Shown: positions 9,339 to 18,372, numbered from the stretch's first letter. The stretch is 32,000 nucleotides of DNA from an uncultured archaeon (GCA_964551375.1 CAZKBG010000001.1:510001-542000); one strand, 5' to 3'. Notes: generated from the letters alone by a model not told the origin. Program-made: numbers and translations.

Positions 9339-10184
9339 ATGAGTCCCCTACCAAGACAAAGATTAAGTATGAGAGGAAGAGCGCTTACTGCAAAAGAAAT
9401 TGAAGTAATGGACAGGGCAAAAAAAGTAAGAGCAGAACTTAAAGCAAACTTTGCAGGCGCAGTTAATAGAAATGTAAAAACATTAACTCCTGAAGCAAGA
9501 AAAAGATTTGCGCTTGAAAGAAGCGCGAGAGTAAAAATTGAGCGAATAATAAAAGCAACAAACCCAAGCAACCAATGGATGACAAGATTTGCGCTTGAAG
9601 GATTATTCAAATCAGCGGCAAAAAAAGAATACGCTGCAGAGGAGCTTGCATTAATTCCAAAAGCATTTGGAAAAGACTCAAAAGCGCTCACAGGATTTTT
9701 CTGGGTAAAAGGAGTAAGAAAAGGAAATTTAGTTGATTATGAAGCAAGAAACGAGCACGCCGTAAAATTATTTGTAAAAGCGCGCGGAAACAGCGCAATA
9801 CTACTTGAACCCATAATTTATAGAGCGGTAAGACAAGAAGCGCTAAATCAAGAAACACGCGAAAGCCACCACGCGCATGAAGAGCACAGAAGAAAAGAAG
9901 TGGAAGCAGCAAGAAATATTCACCAGGAAAGAGTTGCAGGAGTCAGCGGAGGATACAGAATACCATCAAACTCAGGGCGCGAACCTCTAAGGCACCAGAT
10001 TGGAATGGACACAACGCTTTCTGAAAGACTTGACGTGCGAGCAGGAATAATTAGGGGACGAATCCAAAAAGAAGTCAACTCCGAATTTTCAGGGCTGATG
10101 CAAAAACATAATGATAATTTTATCAGATCATTTATCGAACTTGGCGAAAGGCACGGAATAAGCGTTATGAACATAAGGCTTTAG
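9339..10184 (+). CDS. Hypothetical protein (281 aa), Arg/Ala/Glu-rich, predicted largely helical
   Basis: Long uninterrupted ORF starting 'MSPLPRQRLSMRGRALTAKEIEVMDRAKKVRAELKANFAG'. It has typical codon usage but no recognised family motif. Confidence 0.7.
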   Translation: MSPLPRQRLSMRGRALTAKEIEVMDRAKKVRAELKANFAGAVNRNVKTLTPEARKRFALERSARVKIERIIKATNPSNQWMTRFALEGLFKSAAKKEYAAEELALIPKAFGKDSKALTGFFWVKGVRKGNLVDYEARNEHAVKLFVKARGNSAILLEPIIYRAVRQEALNQETRESHHAHEEHRRKEVEAARNIHQERVAGVSGGYRIPSNSGREPLRHQIGMDTTLSERLDVRAGIIRGRIQKEVNSEFSGLMQKHNDNFIRSFIELGERHGISVMNIRL

Positions 10185-10235
10185 AAAAAAATTTAAGGCA
10201 AAAAACAAATTCTAAATTTTTTAGTAAATTATTTT

Positions 10236-10586
10236 TTATTCTAATTTTGCAAAATCTTTTAGTGTTTTTATCGTCCCAGAAGTCAAAAGCGGATTGATTA
10301 TAACTTTCTTGTTTCTGATTTTCTCAATAAAAGCAGTGCCTGCGATTAATTCAAGCTCACGACCGCGCTTGCATTTGATTATTGCCTTGTTTCCTTTAAA
10401 CAAAACAATTCTTGGATTAATTTCAGCCAAACCCTTAGAGCCGAAGAAAGAAAGCAAATCAATCCAAAACCCAAAGTAAAAATCCTTTTCGTTAACATCC
10501 GCATTCAGCACTTCAAGAAGAATATAGCGCTTACGCTCGCGCTTTGAAAGAGGCGTAATTGTTTTCTTTACCTTTTCAATTTTCAT
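10236..10586 (-). CDS. rnp2: RNase P protein component 2 (Pop5/Rpp14 family)
   Basis: 'SKRERKRYILLEVL...FWIDLLSFFGSKGLAEINPRIVLFKGNKAIIKCKRG...LLTSGTIKTLKDFAKLE' includes the C-terminal 'SGTIK' signature. It is adjacent to Rpp30. Confidence 0.85.
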   Translation of the reverse strand: MKIEKVKKTITPLSKRERKRYILLEVLNADVNEKDFYFGFWIDLLSFFGSKGLAEINPRIVLFKGNKAIIKCKRGRELELIAGTAFIEKIRNKKVIINPLLTSGTIKTLKDFAKLE

Positions 10587-10647
10587 AAAAATCAACCAAA
10601 AATAATTTTTCTAAAAATAATCAAACCATCATCTGCAAAATACTAAT

Positions 10648-11211
10648 TTACTTAACCTCTTCTTCCAAATATTTTCCAGCAAGAGCATTTGGCAGCCCAA
10701 GTAAAACCGCAAGAGATTCCCTTACTTTTCTCGGCCTTAAATGAAGCGGATCCTTTGCTCCCGAAGCCACAATAAATTTAGTTCCCTTCATTTTGCAATA
10801 TCTCACAACTTCAACGTAATTTTTCCAATACTGGTGCCTTTCAAAAGAATTAGCTTTCATTAACTCTTCAAACATCAAAACTACAACAGTTTTGTTGTCA
10901 GAAAGCTTTTTTGCCAATCCCAAATCAAAATTCTGCTTTGTATCAGAAGGCTGGAGAAGATAATCAGCATTAATTTTCACAGCAAATTCATTTTCTTTCA
11001 AATCAGAGCCGATAACTGCTTTCTTTTTTTTAGAAAGTTTAGAAAGCTCGCTTGGAGCAGTTTTAGTGGAAACAACAAAACAAGGAGTCATTTTAGCGTC
11101 CTTTGCCACTTTTTCCTGAGCGTCAGTATTAACAAGCACAATTAGTTCTTCCTTGAAATAAGTGCTGACTGCTAGGAGCTCTTTGAGCGGCTGAGCATAA
11201 ACTATGTCCAT
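10648..11211 (-). CDS. rnp3: RNase P protein component 3 (Rpp30)
   Basis: 'NFDLGLAKKLSDNKTVVVLMFEELM...RHQYWKNYVEVVRYCKMKGTKFIVASGAKDPLHLRPRKVRESLAVLLGLPNALA' is the RPP30 C-terminal pattern. Synteny with L15e and Pop5 supports it. Confidence 0.88.
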   Translation of the reverse strand: MDIVYAQPLKELLAVSTYFKEELIVLVNTDAQEKVAKDAKMTPCFVVSTKTAPSELSKLSKKKKAVIGSDLKENEFAVKINADYLLQPSDTKQNFDLGLAKKLSDNKTVVVLMFEELMKANSFERHQYWKNYVEVVRYCKMKGTKFIVASGAKDPLHLRPRKVRESLAVLLGLPNALAGKYLEEEVK

Positions 11212-11295
11212 TCCAAAAAAACCTTTTAGGTTAATAGCACACAGGGGAAAATAAACCTTTCCCTCGCGCGTTAAAAATGAATTCCGTGCCGGACT

Positions 11296-11892
11296 TCAGC
11301 CGTGGTGGTGGTCAAGAGATTTTTTGAATCTTATTTTTCTCTTGTTTGTCAAGTTTGTCAACTTGTTTGCTCCGCCAGCGTAAGTCTTTCCTCTTTCAGC
11401 TCTTCCTCTTGAAGTTCCGCTTGAAAGATACTTTAAGTTCTTATCAGCCATTACAGCAGGAGCTGTTCTATCAGCTAAAACAACTTCAAAATAATGCCAC
11501 TTACCGTCTTCAGCAATCTTGTATGAGCCAAGAGCTTCAGCGTTTTCGAAATACTTAGAAGCTTTCTGCTCGCTCATTGCCTGAGTGCTTAATCTTCTTG
11601 ATAATTTTGCCTGACCCTGTCTCTTTGGTCTTCTCTTGTTCTTAGGCCTGTGATGAGTTCCAGTTCCTTTTCTAACTCTAACTCTAACAACAAAAACTCC
11701 CTGCTTAGCCTTGTAACCAACGCTTCTGGCAGAAACTAAATTAGTGGGGTGGTCAACTTTAACAACAGCCCTTTCTTCATTTCTAAACTCAATACCGCGC
11801 TTTCTCATGATTAACGCATAATCGTAATTCTCGTCCTTTACTCCTTTCCATTCATTTTGAAAAGCTGCTCTTATGTATTTTGCTGCACCCAT
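11296..11892 (-). CDS. rpl15e: 50S ribosomal protein L15e
   Basis: 'MGAAKYIRAAFQNEWKG...RAVVKVDHPTNLVSARSVGYKAKQGVFVVRVRVRKGTGTHHRPKNKRRPKRQG...GLTSSG'-type conserved features are present. Confidence 0.95.
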   Translation of the reverse strand: MGAAKYIRAAFQNEWKGVKDENYDYALIMRKRGIEFRNEERAVVKVDHPTNLVSARSVGYKAKQGVFVVRVRVRKGTGTHHRPKNKRRPKRQGQAKLSRRLSTQAMSEQKASKYFENAEALGSYKIAEDGKWHYFEVVLADRTAPAVMADKNLKYLSSGTSRGRAERGKTYAGGANKLTNLTNKRKIRFKKSLDHHHG

Positions 11893-11959
11893 TTGTACTC
11901 ACCAGAATAATAAAACGTCTATAACTAAAACTTCAAAAAAAGCATTTATAAAGCTACCT

Positions 11960-12334
11960 TTAAGGAGATTTTTTTCTAATAGCAACCCGGCGATTTGCGG
12001 CTAATTCTCTGCTTTGAACAGGTTTTGAGGAAGAAACTTTTTCTTTGCCGGATTTTGCTTGAGCAATAAACTTAATTGGAACATTAACAGGACTCTCAGA
12101 ATTTTTGCCTTTAATTTTGATCTTAAAAGAAGGTTTAATCGGTTGAGAAGTTCTATCAAACCTAACAGGACTCCTTAAACCAACCTTTTTCATTGACATA
12201 TTCCTTGCAGCTGCTTTTGCTATTGAAACATTTCTTTCAGAAAGGAAAAATCTGTCTGCAATGTGCTGAAAAGGATTAGGCTTTCTTTGCGCGGAAGCAG
12301 CTCTGTGATTTTGAGCGGTTCTTGTCTGAGGCAT
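11960..12334 (-). CDS. Hypothetical basic, low-complexity protein (124 aa)
   Basis: ORF rich in K/R/S/P: 'MPQTRTAQNHRAASAQRKPNPFQHIADRFFLSERNVSIAKAAARNMSMKKVG...'. No recognised family. Confidence 0.55.
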   Translation of the reverse strand: MPQTRTAQNHRAASAQRKPNPFQHIADRFFLSERNVSIAKAAARNMSMKKVGLRSPVRFDRTSQPIKPSFKIKIKGKNSESPVNVPIKFIAQAKSGKEKVSSSKPVQSRELAANRRVAIRKKSP

Positions 12335-12380
12335 TTAATCACTAAATAACTATAAGCTTTGCCTTATATAAACGTTAACT

Positions 12381-13460
12381 ATGAGCGAGCCAAAAAATTT
12401 TAAAAAAGCAAAAAATAATCTCTGCGACAGATGCCGTGAAAAAAGCGCAATAACTCTTGATTACGGGCCGCATAAATTCTGCGAAAAACACTTTATTTAC
12501 TTTTTTGAGCAAAGAGTGAAGAAAACAATAAGAAAATACAGCCTCATAAGACCGCATGAGAAAATACTAATAGCTCTCAGCGGAGGAAAAGACTCTGTGG
12601 TGCTCTTGCATATGCTTGCAAAATATTATTCAAAGCTAAATGAGCTTGAAGCTCTTATTATTGATGAAGGAGTGAAAGGATACCGCGACAAATCCATCAA
12701 TACTGCTGTTGAAAATTGCAAAAGTCTTGGCGTGCCATATAAAGTTGTGAGTTTTAAGGAAGAATTTGGAATAACAAACGACAAATTAATGCCACTTATT
12801 TTGAACAACCCAAAAATGGGAGGAACTTGCGCATTTTGCGGAACAATGAGAAGAAATATCATGAACCGCTATGCCAAAATTCTAAAAGCGGACAAGCTTG
12901 CAACAGGACATAACCTTGACGATGAAGTGCAGAGCTTTGTAATGAACGTTTTTAACAATGATTTTGAACGAATGAAAAGAATGAGCGCTAAAGGAGGCGC
13001 TGTAGAGCATGAAGGATTTGTAAAAAGAATAAAACCGCTTTATGAAACCCCTGAAAAGGAAATAATAGCATACTGCGCGTTTAAGGGAATAAAACACCAC
13101 TCAGAAGAGTGCTGTCCCTACTCATGGACTGCTAAGAGAAACGAATTTAGGGAAATGCTGAACAATTTTGAGAACAGATTCCCAGGAACGCAGTACTCAA
13201 TCATCAGATTTTATGAAAATCTACAAAAATATGTAAAGCCCGATGAGAATGAAAAGCCAAAACTTGCGCTATCGCTTCATGAATGCAAAAAATGCGGGGA
13301 GCCAACTGAACGCGAAATGTGCAAAGCATGCAAAATGATTGAGAAAATAAAAAATGAAATTAAATCCGGGAAATTAAAAAGCAAAAAACCAGCTGTGTTA
13401 AAAAAATACAACAAAAAGCTCACCTGTCACTCAACAAAGACAGGAATAAAATGCGATTAA
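12381..13460 (+). CDS. TtuA/Ncs6 family PP-loop tRNA thiolation protein
   Basis: N-terminal 'CDRCREKSAI', PP-loop 'ILIALSGGKDSVVLLHML', 'GGTCAFCGTMRRNIMN', 'ATGHNLDDEVQSFVMN', C-terminal zinc pairs 'CKKCGEPTEREMCKACKMI'. Confidence 0.92.
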   Translation: MSEPKNFKKAKNNLCDRCREKSAITLDYGPHKFCEKHFIYFFEQRVKKTIRKYSLIRPHEKILIALSGGKDSVVLLHMLAKYYSKLNELEALIIDEGVKGYRDKSINTAVENCKSLGVPYKVVSFKEEFGITNDKLMPLILNNPKMGGTCAFCGTMRRNIMNRYAKILKADKLATGHNLDDEVQSFVMNVFNNDFERMKRMSAKGGAVEHEGFVKRIKPLYETPEKEIIAYCAFKGIKHHSEECCPYSWTAKRNEFREMLNNFENRFPGTQYSIIRFYENLQKYVKPDENEKPKLALSLHECKKCGEPTEREMCKACKMIEKIKNEIKSGKLKSKKPAVLKKYNKKLTCHSTKTGIKCD

Positions 13461-13476
13461 GCGATTTGCCTAAGGA

Positions 13477-13812
13477 TCATTTTCTCTTTTTAGGCTTGCT
13501 TTTGTTTTTATTTGTAAAAAAGCTGAAAAGAGGCTCGTTTGGCTCTCTAAAATGAATTTTCAAGGCTAAAACTAAAGTTGTGCCCACAACCGCAATACCA
13601 TAACCCCAGATAATAGGATAATTTTCAATCAAAATACCATAAACCAGCCAAATATACGCTCCTGCGACAAAAATCAAATACGCTGTAAGGCTAATGTCTT
13701 TTGCGCTGCGATTAATCACAATTTTTCTTGCTTGAAGAATATGCGCAAAGCTCATCAAGACTCCAAACATTGTCGCAAGAAAATAGAATATTGTTGTCAA
13801 CAAAGAATCCAT
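13477..13812 (-). CDS. SemiSWEET / MtN3-like small membrane protein
   Basis: Three hydrophobic segments with 'AHILQARKIVINRSAKDISLTAYLIFVAGAYIWLVYGILIENYPIIWGYGIAVVGTTLVLALKI', the MtN3/SWEET pattern (PQ-like loop, S..., WxxYG). Confidence 0.7.
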   Translation of the reverse strand: MDSLLTTIFYFLATMFGVLMSFAHILQARKIVINRSAKDISLTAYLIFVAGAYIWLVYGILIENYPIIWGYGIAVVGTTLVLALKIHFREPNEPLFSFFTNKNKSKPKKRK

Positions 13813-13816
13813 CAAA

Positions 13817-15499
13817 TCACTTCAAGGCTTTTTTCTCAAGCCTGTCGGTTAATTCTTTCTCAAACTTTGTCAGCTCTTCAATCTTAGCGTCAATTACAAG
13901 CGTCTTTTCCTGCAGAACCCTGTCCGCTGTGGCGTTTTTCATATTTAATTCATCAATTGCAGAATTAATCTGAGTCAAGCTCTGCTGCATACCGCTCAAA
14001 AACTGCTTTCTGAACTCGTCAAGAACCATAATCTTCTGTTCCAATGCCTCAGGGGAAATCTTCTTGCTCACAGACTGAAGCCTGTTCAACTCAACCTGCA
14101 TCTGCGCAATTAATTCATCCGCGCGCTGGATTGTAAGCTGCTCAATTCTCTGCTCCGCCTGATTCAACATTCCTTCAGCAATATTTTTTTCAAGCTCAAG
14201 AGTTTTATTTATCCTTGCATCCATCTGCGACAAGTGCGCCGATGCTGAATCAATAAAAGCCTGCGCGCTTGACTTGCTTTTAATCAATTCAGAATTCATT
14301 TCAACAACAATCTGGGCTTTTGTTCTCTTTACTTCCTCAAGCGCAATAGTAACCTGAGAAAGAGAATGCTCCTGCTGTTTTCTTGCGCTTTCAATAGCCG
14401 CAAGATTTTCGCTCAACTGCTTGTTGTACTGCTTGATTTCAGCAATCTTAGCGTCAATTATAAAAACAATTTCCCTCTGCTTCTGCTCCAGCGCCTCTTT
14501 ATTGCTTGACTGGATTAAATCCTTCTGCGAATCCATCAAAACTTTAAACTGATACAATTCTTTTCTAACAGCCTCATCAACTTTCTGCTGAACTTGTGAA
14601 TCAACATCTTCCTTTAAGTGCTTCATTTCAGCAAGCTTAGCATTCACAGCAACAACAATTCCTTTCTTCCAAAGCTCCTCAAAATCAGGGCCCATGTCAA
14701 TATCCCTTGCTGTTTGAGTTGAAAGATTAAACGAAGAAAAATCATCCGCGCTTTTTGAATTCGCAAGCTTTGTCGCAGCATCAAAATCAATTTTTGGAAC
14801 AACAATATCCTTTGGAACTTCTTTCTCTTTAGGCTTCACTTCAGATTGAGCCTGAGAAGTTTGATTTTGCGCGCTTGAAGAAGTTTGCGCTTGAGGTTGA
14901 GAAGTTTGAGTAACTGCAATTTTTGAAACATCTTTCTGAACTGAAGGATTTTTCTGGGCAGGAGGAGTATAATTTTTCTGCAGATTTTTTAACGCATCGG
15001 TTGGAACAGCATTAGTTTTTGAATCAGAACCGCCTGATTTTTGCCCGCTTGCAAGAGTGTCCTCAACTTTTTCTTCAAACTCATCGCCGTCATCCATTGA
15101 CTCGCCAGACTGCTCTGCAACATCCTTCATTATTTTATCAGCAATATCCCCTTCGCTTTTTGCTTTATCTTGGGGAGAGCTTTTCACAGTAAGCCCGCTT
15201 TCAGAAGTTTTTTTTGCAATTGGAATCTGCTTTACAATCTGCTCATCCATCGGAACATCAGTTCCGTCAAACTCGGGTTTCTCAGGGCCCGCTGGTTTTT
15301 TTGCAGCTGTTTTTTGAGAAGAAGCATCAACAGGAGCATTTGCGGCTTCAACGGATTTTCTTGCTTCGGCGATCAACTGCATTGCCTCATTCTGGTCAAT
15401 TCCAACATCGTACAAATTGTCGGCAATTTCTTTATCTGAAACCCCAAGAGCAATTAGCTTTTGGATAGATTCAATGACAGTAGCGCGCTTATCCATCAT
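13817..15499 (-). CDS. Large coiled-coil protein with UBA-like N-terminus and disordered Pro/Gln/Ser linker
   Basis: 560-aa ORF. N-terminal 'VIESIQKLIALGVSDKEIADNLYDVGIDQNEAMQLIAEARKS', a P/Q/S/K-rich linker, then about 300 aa of heptad-rich coiled coil. Confidence 0.8.
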   Translation of the reverse strand: MMDKRATVIESIQKLIALGVSDKEIADNLYDVGIDQNEAMQLIAEARKSVEAANAPVDASSQKTAAKKPAGPEKPEFDGTDVPMDEQIVKQIPIAKKTSESGLTVKSSPQDKAKSEGDIADKIMKDVAEQSGESMDDGDEFEEKVEDTLASGQKSGGSDSKTNAVPTDALKNLQKNYTPPAQKNPSVQKDVSKIAVTQTSQPQAQTSSSAQNQTSQAQSEVKPKEKEVPKDIVVPKIDFDAATKLANSKSADDFSSFNLSTQTARDIDMGPDFEELWKKGIVVAVNAKLAEMKHLKEDVDSQVQQKVDEAVRKELYQFKVLMDSQKDLIQSSNKEALEQKQREIVFIIDAKIAEIKQYNKQLSENLAAIESARKQQEHSLSQVTIALEEVKRTKAQIVVEMNSELIKSKSSAQAFIDSASAHLSQMDARINKTLELEKNIAEGMLNQAEQRIEQLTIQRADELIAQMQVELNRLQSVSKKISPEALEQKIMVLDEFRKQFLSGMQQSLTQINSAIDELNMKNATADRVLQEKTLVIDAKIEELTKFEKELTDRLEKKALK

Positions 15500-15583
15500 A
15501 CCACAAAACTACATAGAACTAGTTATAGTTGATTTTTCATGAATAAAAAGGTTATGTTAAAGAGCTAAAATAAAAGAAAAAAG

Positions 15584-15602
15584 CTTGCCCAAAACGGGCA
15601 AG
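15584..15602 (-). terminator. Hairpin plus T-run, terminator-like, downstream of LSm gene
   Basis: On the minus strand: CTTGCCC-GTTTT-GGGCAAG followed by CTTTTTTCTTTT. Confidence 0.6.
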
Positions 15603-15612
15603 ATAGCTAAAA

Positions 15613-15831
15613 TTAAGGAGAAATCATGATTACGCTGTCTCCGCGAATCATTACTTTACCATACTTAGTCTTCATCTCTCCCTCAACTACTTGAGAGGCG
15701 TTTTCTAAATGCAGATTCATATGCACATCAAATGCTTTTAGGGTTCCCCTAACCTGCTGATTGCCTTTTAGAACAACCAAAACTTCTTTTTCTATCGCTT
15801 CGTTCAATAAATCGAACGGTCTATTACTCAT
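15613..15831 (-). CDS. Archaeal LSm (Sm-like) RNA-binding protein
   Basis: 'RPFDLLNEAIEKEVLVVLKGNQQVRGTLKAFDVHMNLHLENASQVVEGEM...KYGKVMIRGDSVIMISP' gives both Sm1 and Sm2 motifs (IRGD). Confidence 0.95.
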   Translation of the reverse strand: MSNRPFDLLNEAIEKEVLVVLKGNQQVRGTLKAFDVHMNLHLENASQVVEGEMKTKYGKVMIRGDSVIMISP

Positions 15832-15840
15832 GAAAACACC

Positions 15841-16626
15841 TCATTTTTTCTTAAAAATTGAAAACAACGCCTGCAAAAAGCCGCCTTTTTTAGGAGCAGT
15901 GCTTTCTGTAACCTTTAGACCAGTAAGCCTCGAAGCAATCTTCACCACTTCAACCGCAGCAGGGCAGTCAGGCTTTCTTACAATAACCGGAGAAACTTTC
16001 TCCTGCATGAAGCTCTTTCGAACTTCAGGATCATAAGGCACAGAACCGTAAATTGGGAGCTCAAGCATATTCGCTATGTCATTTTTTGTTATTTCTCCAG
16101 TTTCATTCATCACAAAATTAACAATAACTCCAATAACTTTAGAACCAAGCCTTTGCGCAACAATTTTAGTCTTCAACGCATCAGCAATTGCGGGCGAAGT
16201 CGGCATAGTAACAATAACAGTTTCCTGCGAAGCGCTTAACGCGCTTAAAACATTCTTTTCAATTCCAGCAGCAACATCAAGCAAAATATAATCATACTTA
16301 TCAGTCAACTGGGAAACAACACTTGAGAGCCTTTCGCTATCCACTCTTTTATAATTATCAAGGCTTAATCCTGAAGGAATAAATCTAACTCCCATCGGAC
16401 CGTCATAAATAGAATCATGAACCTGAGCTTCTCCCAAAAGAACATCGTGAAGAGTGATTGGAGAAGACTGCATTCCTAAAAGCAGAGAAAGATTTGCCAT
16501 TGCAACATCAGCATCGATTAACAAGACTTTTTGCCCCATTTTTGAAAGAGCAATACCTAAGTTGGCAGTAATAGTAGTTTTTCCTGTTCCGCCTTTTCCT
16601 GAAGCAATTGCAATTACTCTCCCCAT
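15841..16626 (-). CDS. minD: MinD/ParA-type P-loop ATPase
   Basis: Deviant Walker A 'SGKGGTGKTTITANLGIALSKMGQKVLLIDADVAMANLSLLLGM', 'YDYILLDVAAGIEKNV'. Confidence 0.93.
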   Translation of the reverse strand: MGRVIAIASGKGGTGKTTITANLGIALSKMGQKVLLIDADVAMANLSLLLGMQSSPITLHDVLLGEAQVHDSIYDGPMGVRFIPSGLSLDNYKRVDSERLSSVVSQLTDKYDYILLDVAAGIEKNVLSALSASQETVIVTMPTSPAIADALKTKIVAQRLGSKVIGVIVNFVMNETGEITKNDIANMLELPIYGSVPYDPEVRKSFMQEKVSPVIVRKPDCPAAVEVVKIASRLTGLKVTESTAPKKGGFLQALFSIFKKK

Positions 16627-16718
16627 AAAAACACCAAATAATGAATGAAACTTACAAATAAAAAGCTACTCTTCGGGCCCTAAAAACAAAAACCCCAAAT
16701 CCTCCAAATCAATTCAAA

Positions 16719-17198
16719 TCATGCCGTCTGCGCAAGCTTCTTCTTTTCGCCGTTCTGCTTATTTGTCTGAAGCAAGCCGTTTAACTCAAAAGCAAGAGCA
16801 CGAAGTTCAATATTTGATAATTCGCTTCCAGCTTTAACAATAAAAACTTTCTTTTCAAGCGGGAAAAGCATAAACCAAGAATCATTTCGCTTAATTAAAA
16901 CAGATTCAGAATCAGGCATCTCGCTCTTTATGTAAGACAACATTGCTGTGCCCATAATTCCTTCAGTGTGCCCGTTGCCTTCGCTTGAAACAACCAAGCT
17001 CCCGTCAAGATTAGTTACCAAAAAAGAATCAACCAAATGTTTTCTTTTCAAAATCATTAAGTTTTCTTCAAAATCCTGCGAATAAACATATTTATGTTTT
17101 GATAAAAAGTCTCTCAAAAAATCCAGCTGTGAGTGAGGCTTCTTAGTGTCATCATCAAGAACGCGAAGCGCGAATCTTCTTAAGACTTTGATTACCAT
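16719..17198 (-). CDS. Roadblock/LC7-like domain protein
   Basis: 'VDSFLVTNLDGSLVVSSEG...SYIKSEMPDSESVLIKRNDSWFMLFPLEKKVFIVKAGSELSNIELRALAFELNGLL' resembles the Roadblock/MglB beta-alpha topology. It is next to minD. Confidence 0.55.
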   Translation of the reverse strand: MVIKVLRRFALRVLDDDTKKPHSQLDFLRDFLSKHKYVYSQDFEENLMILKRKHLVDSFLVTNLDGSLVVSSEGNGHTEGIMGTAMLSYIKSEMPDSESVLIKRNDSWFMLFPLEKKVFIVKAGSELSNIELRALAFELNGLLQTNKQNGEKKKLAQTA

Positions 17199-17220
17199 AC
17201 AAGCTCACCAATTAAGCACT

Positions 17221-17679
17221 CTAAATTTTTAATTCGCCAAGACCATAAGCTTCAAGAGCGCTCTTCTGCGTCTGAGTCTTGCTAAACCTTGGCGAGAATG
17301 CTGAAGGAATGCTCTTTGGAATGTCTTTTAAATCTATTTTATTAGTTAAAAGTTTTTCGTCAAATGCAGTAACAAGGTCAACTTGGCTTCTGGTTAAGCC
17401 AACGCACTGAAAAAAGCCCAAACCCCTTGTTTCATTGAAGAAATAAGGCAAAGCTTCAGCGCCTTTAACCGTTTTTTCAGCGCCTAAACACTCAACAATG
17501 CAGGCAAAAATCACACCATCCCTAAAAAATAGAGCCCCTTCTTCAATAAAATTGCCTTTAACAGAAAGAATGAGGTAACCGTTGAATCTATTATCCAAAA
17601 GCTCCTGAGCTTTCGCCATAAAGTCAAAAGGCACATCTCCTTTTGCAACAACTTCCCCAACTGGAAAATTCAAACTCAC
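17221..17679 (-). CDS. DUF4388/DUF2226-like protein
   Basis: 'LDNRFNGYLILSVKGNFIEEGALFFRDGVIFACIVECLGAEKTVKGAEAL' resembles the 'G.L.l......g.l.f.dG.i..a......G..A' pattern. The start is ambiguous (GTG 17679 or TTG 17673). Confidence 0.5.
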   Translation of the reverse strand: MSLNFPVGEVVAKGDVPFDFMAKAQELLDNRFNGYLILSVKGNFIEEGALFFRDGVIFACIVECLGAEKTVKGAEALPYFFNETRGLGFFQCVGLTRSQVDLVTAFDEKLLTNKIDLKDIPKSIPSAFSPRFSKTQTQKSALEAYGLGELKI

Positions 17680-17796
17680 ACACCGCCAACCAAATTAAAC
17701 TTAATACTTGCTTTAAACTTCAACAAATACTTCTAAACTCAACAAACACTTCAAAACTCAACAAACCAATGAAACTAATGAAAATCCAAGTATATA

Positions 17797-18294
17797 TTAT
17801 TTCTTATCAGCTGAATTTTGATTCTCAACAGGAGAGGATGCTTTCTTCCCCTTCAAAAAAACCACTTTATCAGCAGTATTCTTTAACGCTGCAGCGCTCA
17901 TCTCTTCAGCCACCATAGCAACAGTTTCTTTCCCTCTTTCTTTTGCTTTAATTAACGCAGGAAGAAAATCAGAATCCCTTGTTGCAAACACCAAAGTATC
18001 AATCGCATCATTAAACACAGTTTCAGTAGCATCGCAAGCCATCACAACATCAATATCAGTAGTGGAAATTATTGGAGTAAACCCTTGATTAACCACCGCT
18101 TCAACTAACTTATCGCTCGCAAACTGATTGAGATAAACTTTTCCAATCTTAATAATCCCAATCTTCTGCGCTTCTTTTTTTATTAAATCAAGGTCAATCC
18201 CGAGTTCCTTTCTCAAAAGATTAGGACCGTCCACAAAAACAGCAATCTTCTTCTCATGCGACTTGCCAATCAGCTTCTTAAGTCTTGAAAGCAC
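17797..18294 (-). CDS. NYN-domain (LabA/PIN-like) ribonuclease-like protein
   Basis: 'KKIAVFVDGPNLLRKELGIDLDLIKKEAQKIG...DIDVVMACDATETVFNDAIDTLVFATRDSDFLPALIKAKERGKETVAM' has the Asp constellation of NYN. The likely GTG start is at 18294; the ORF track extends to 18408. Confidence 0.88.
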   Translation of the reverse strand: MLSRLKKLIGKSHEKKIAVFVDGPNLLRKELGIDLDLIKKEAQKIGIIKIGKVYLNQFASDKLVEAVVNQGFTPIISTTDIDVVMACDATETVFNDAIDTLVFATRDSDFLPALIKAKERGKETVAMVAEEMSAAALKNTADKVVFLKGKKASSPVENQNSADKK

Positions 18295-18372
18295 CAAAAA
18301 CACCCAACATAATCTGATGAAAACTGAATAAAATACTTTCCAAGAATAATTCAAGTGAATAAAAGTGATAAA

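Noticed and set aside
9269-9691. 140-aa minus-strand ORF opposite 9339..10184
   Set aside because: Ser/Ala/Leu/Phe-rich composition is typical of the complement of a Lys/Glu/Ala-rich coding strand. The plus-strand ORF is longer and has a coding-like composition.
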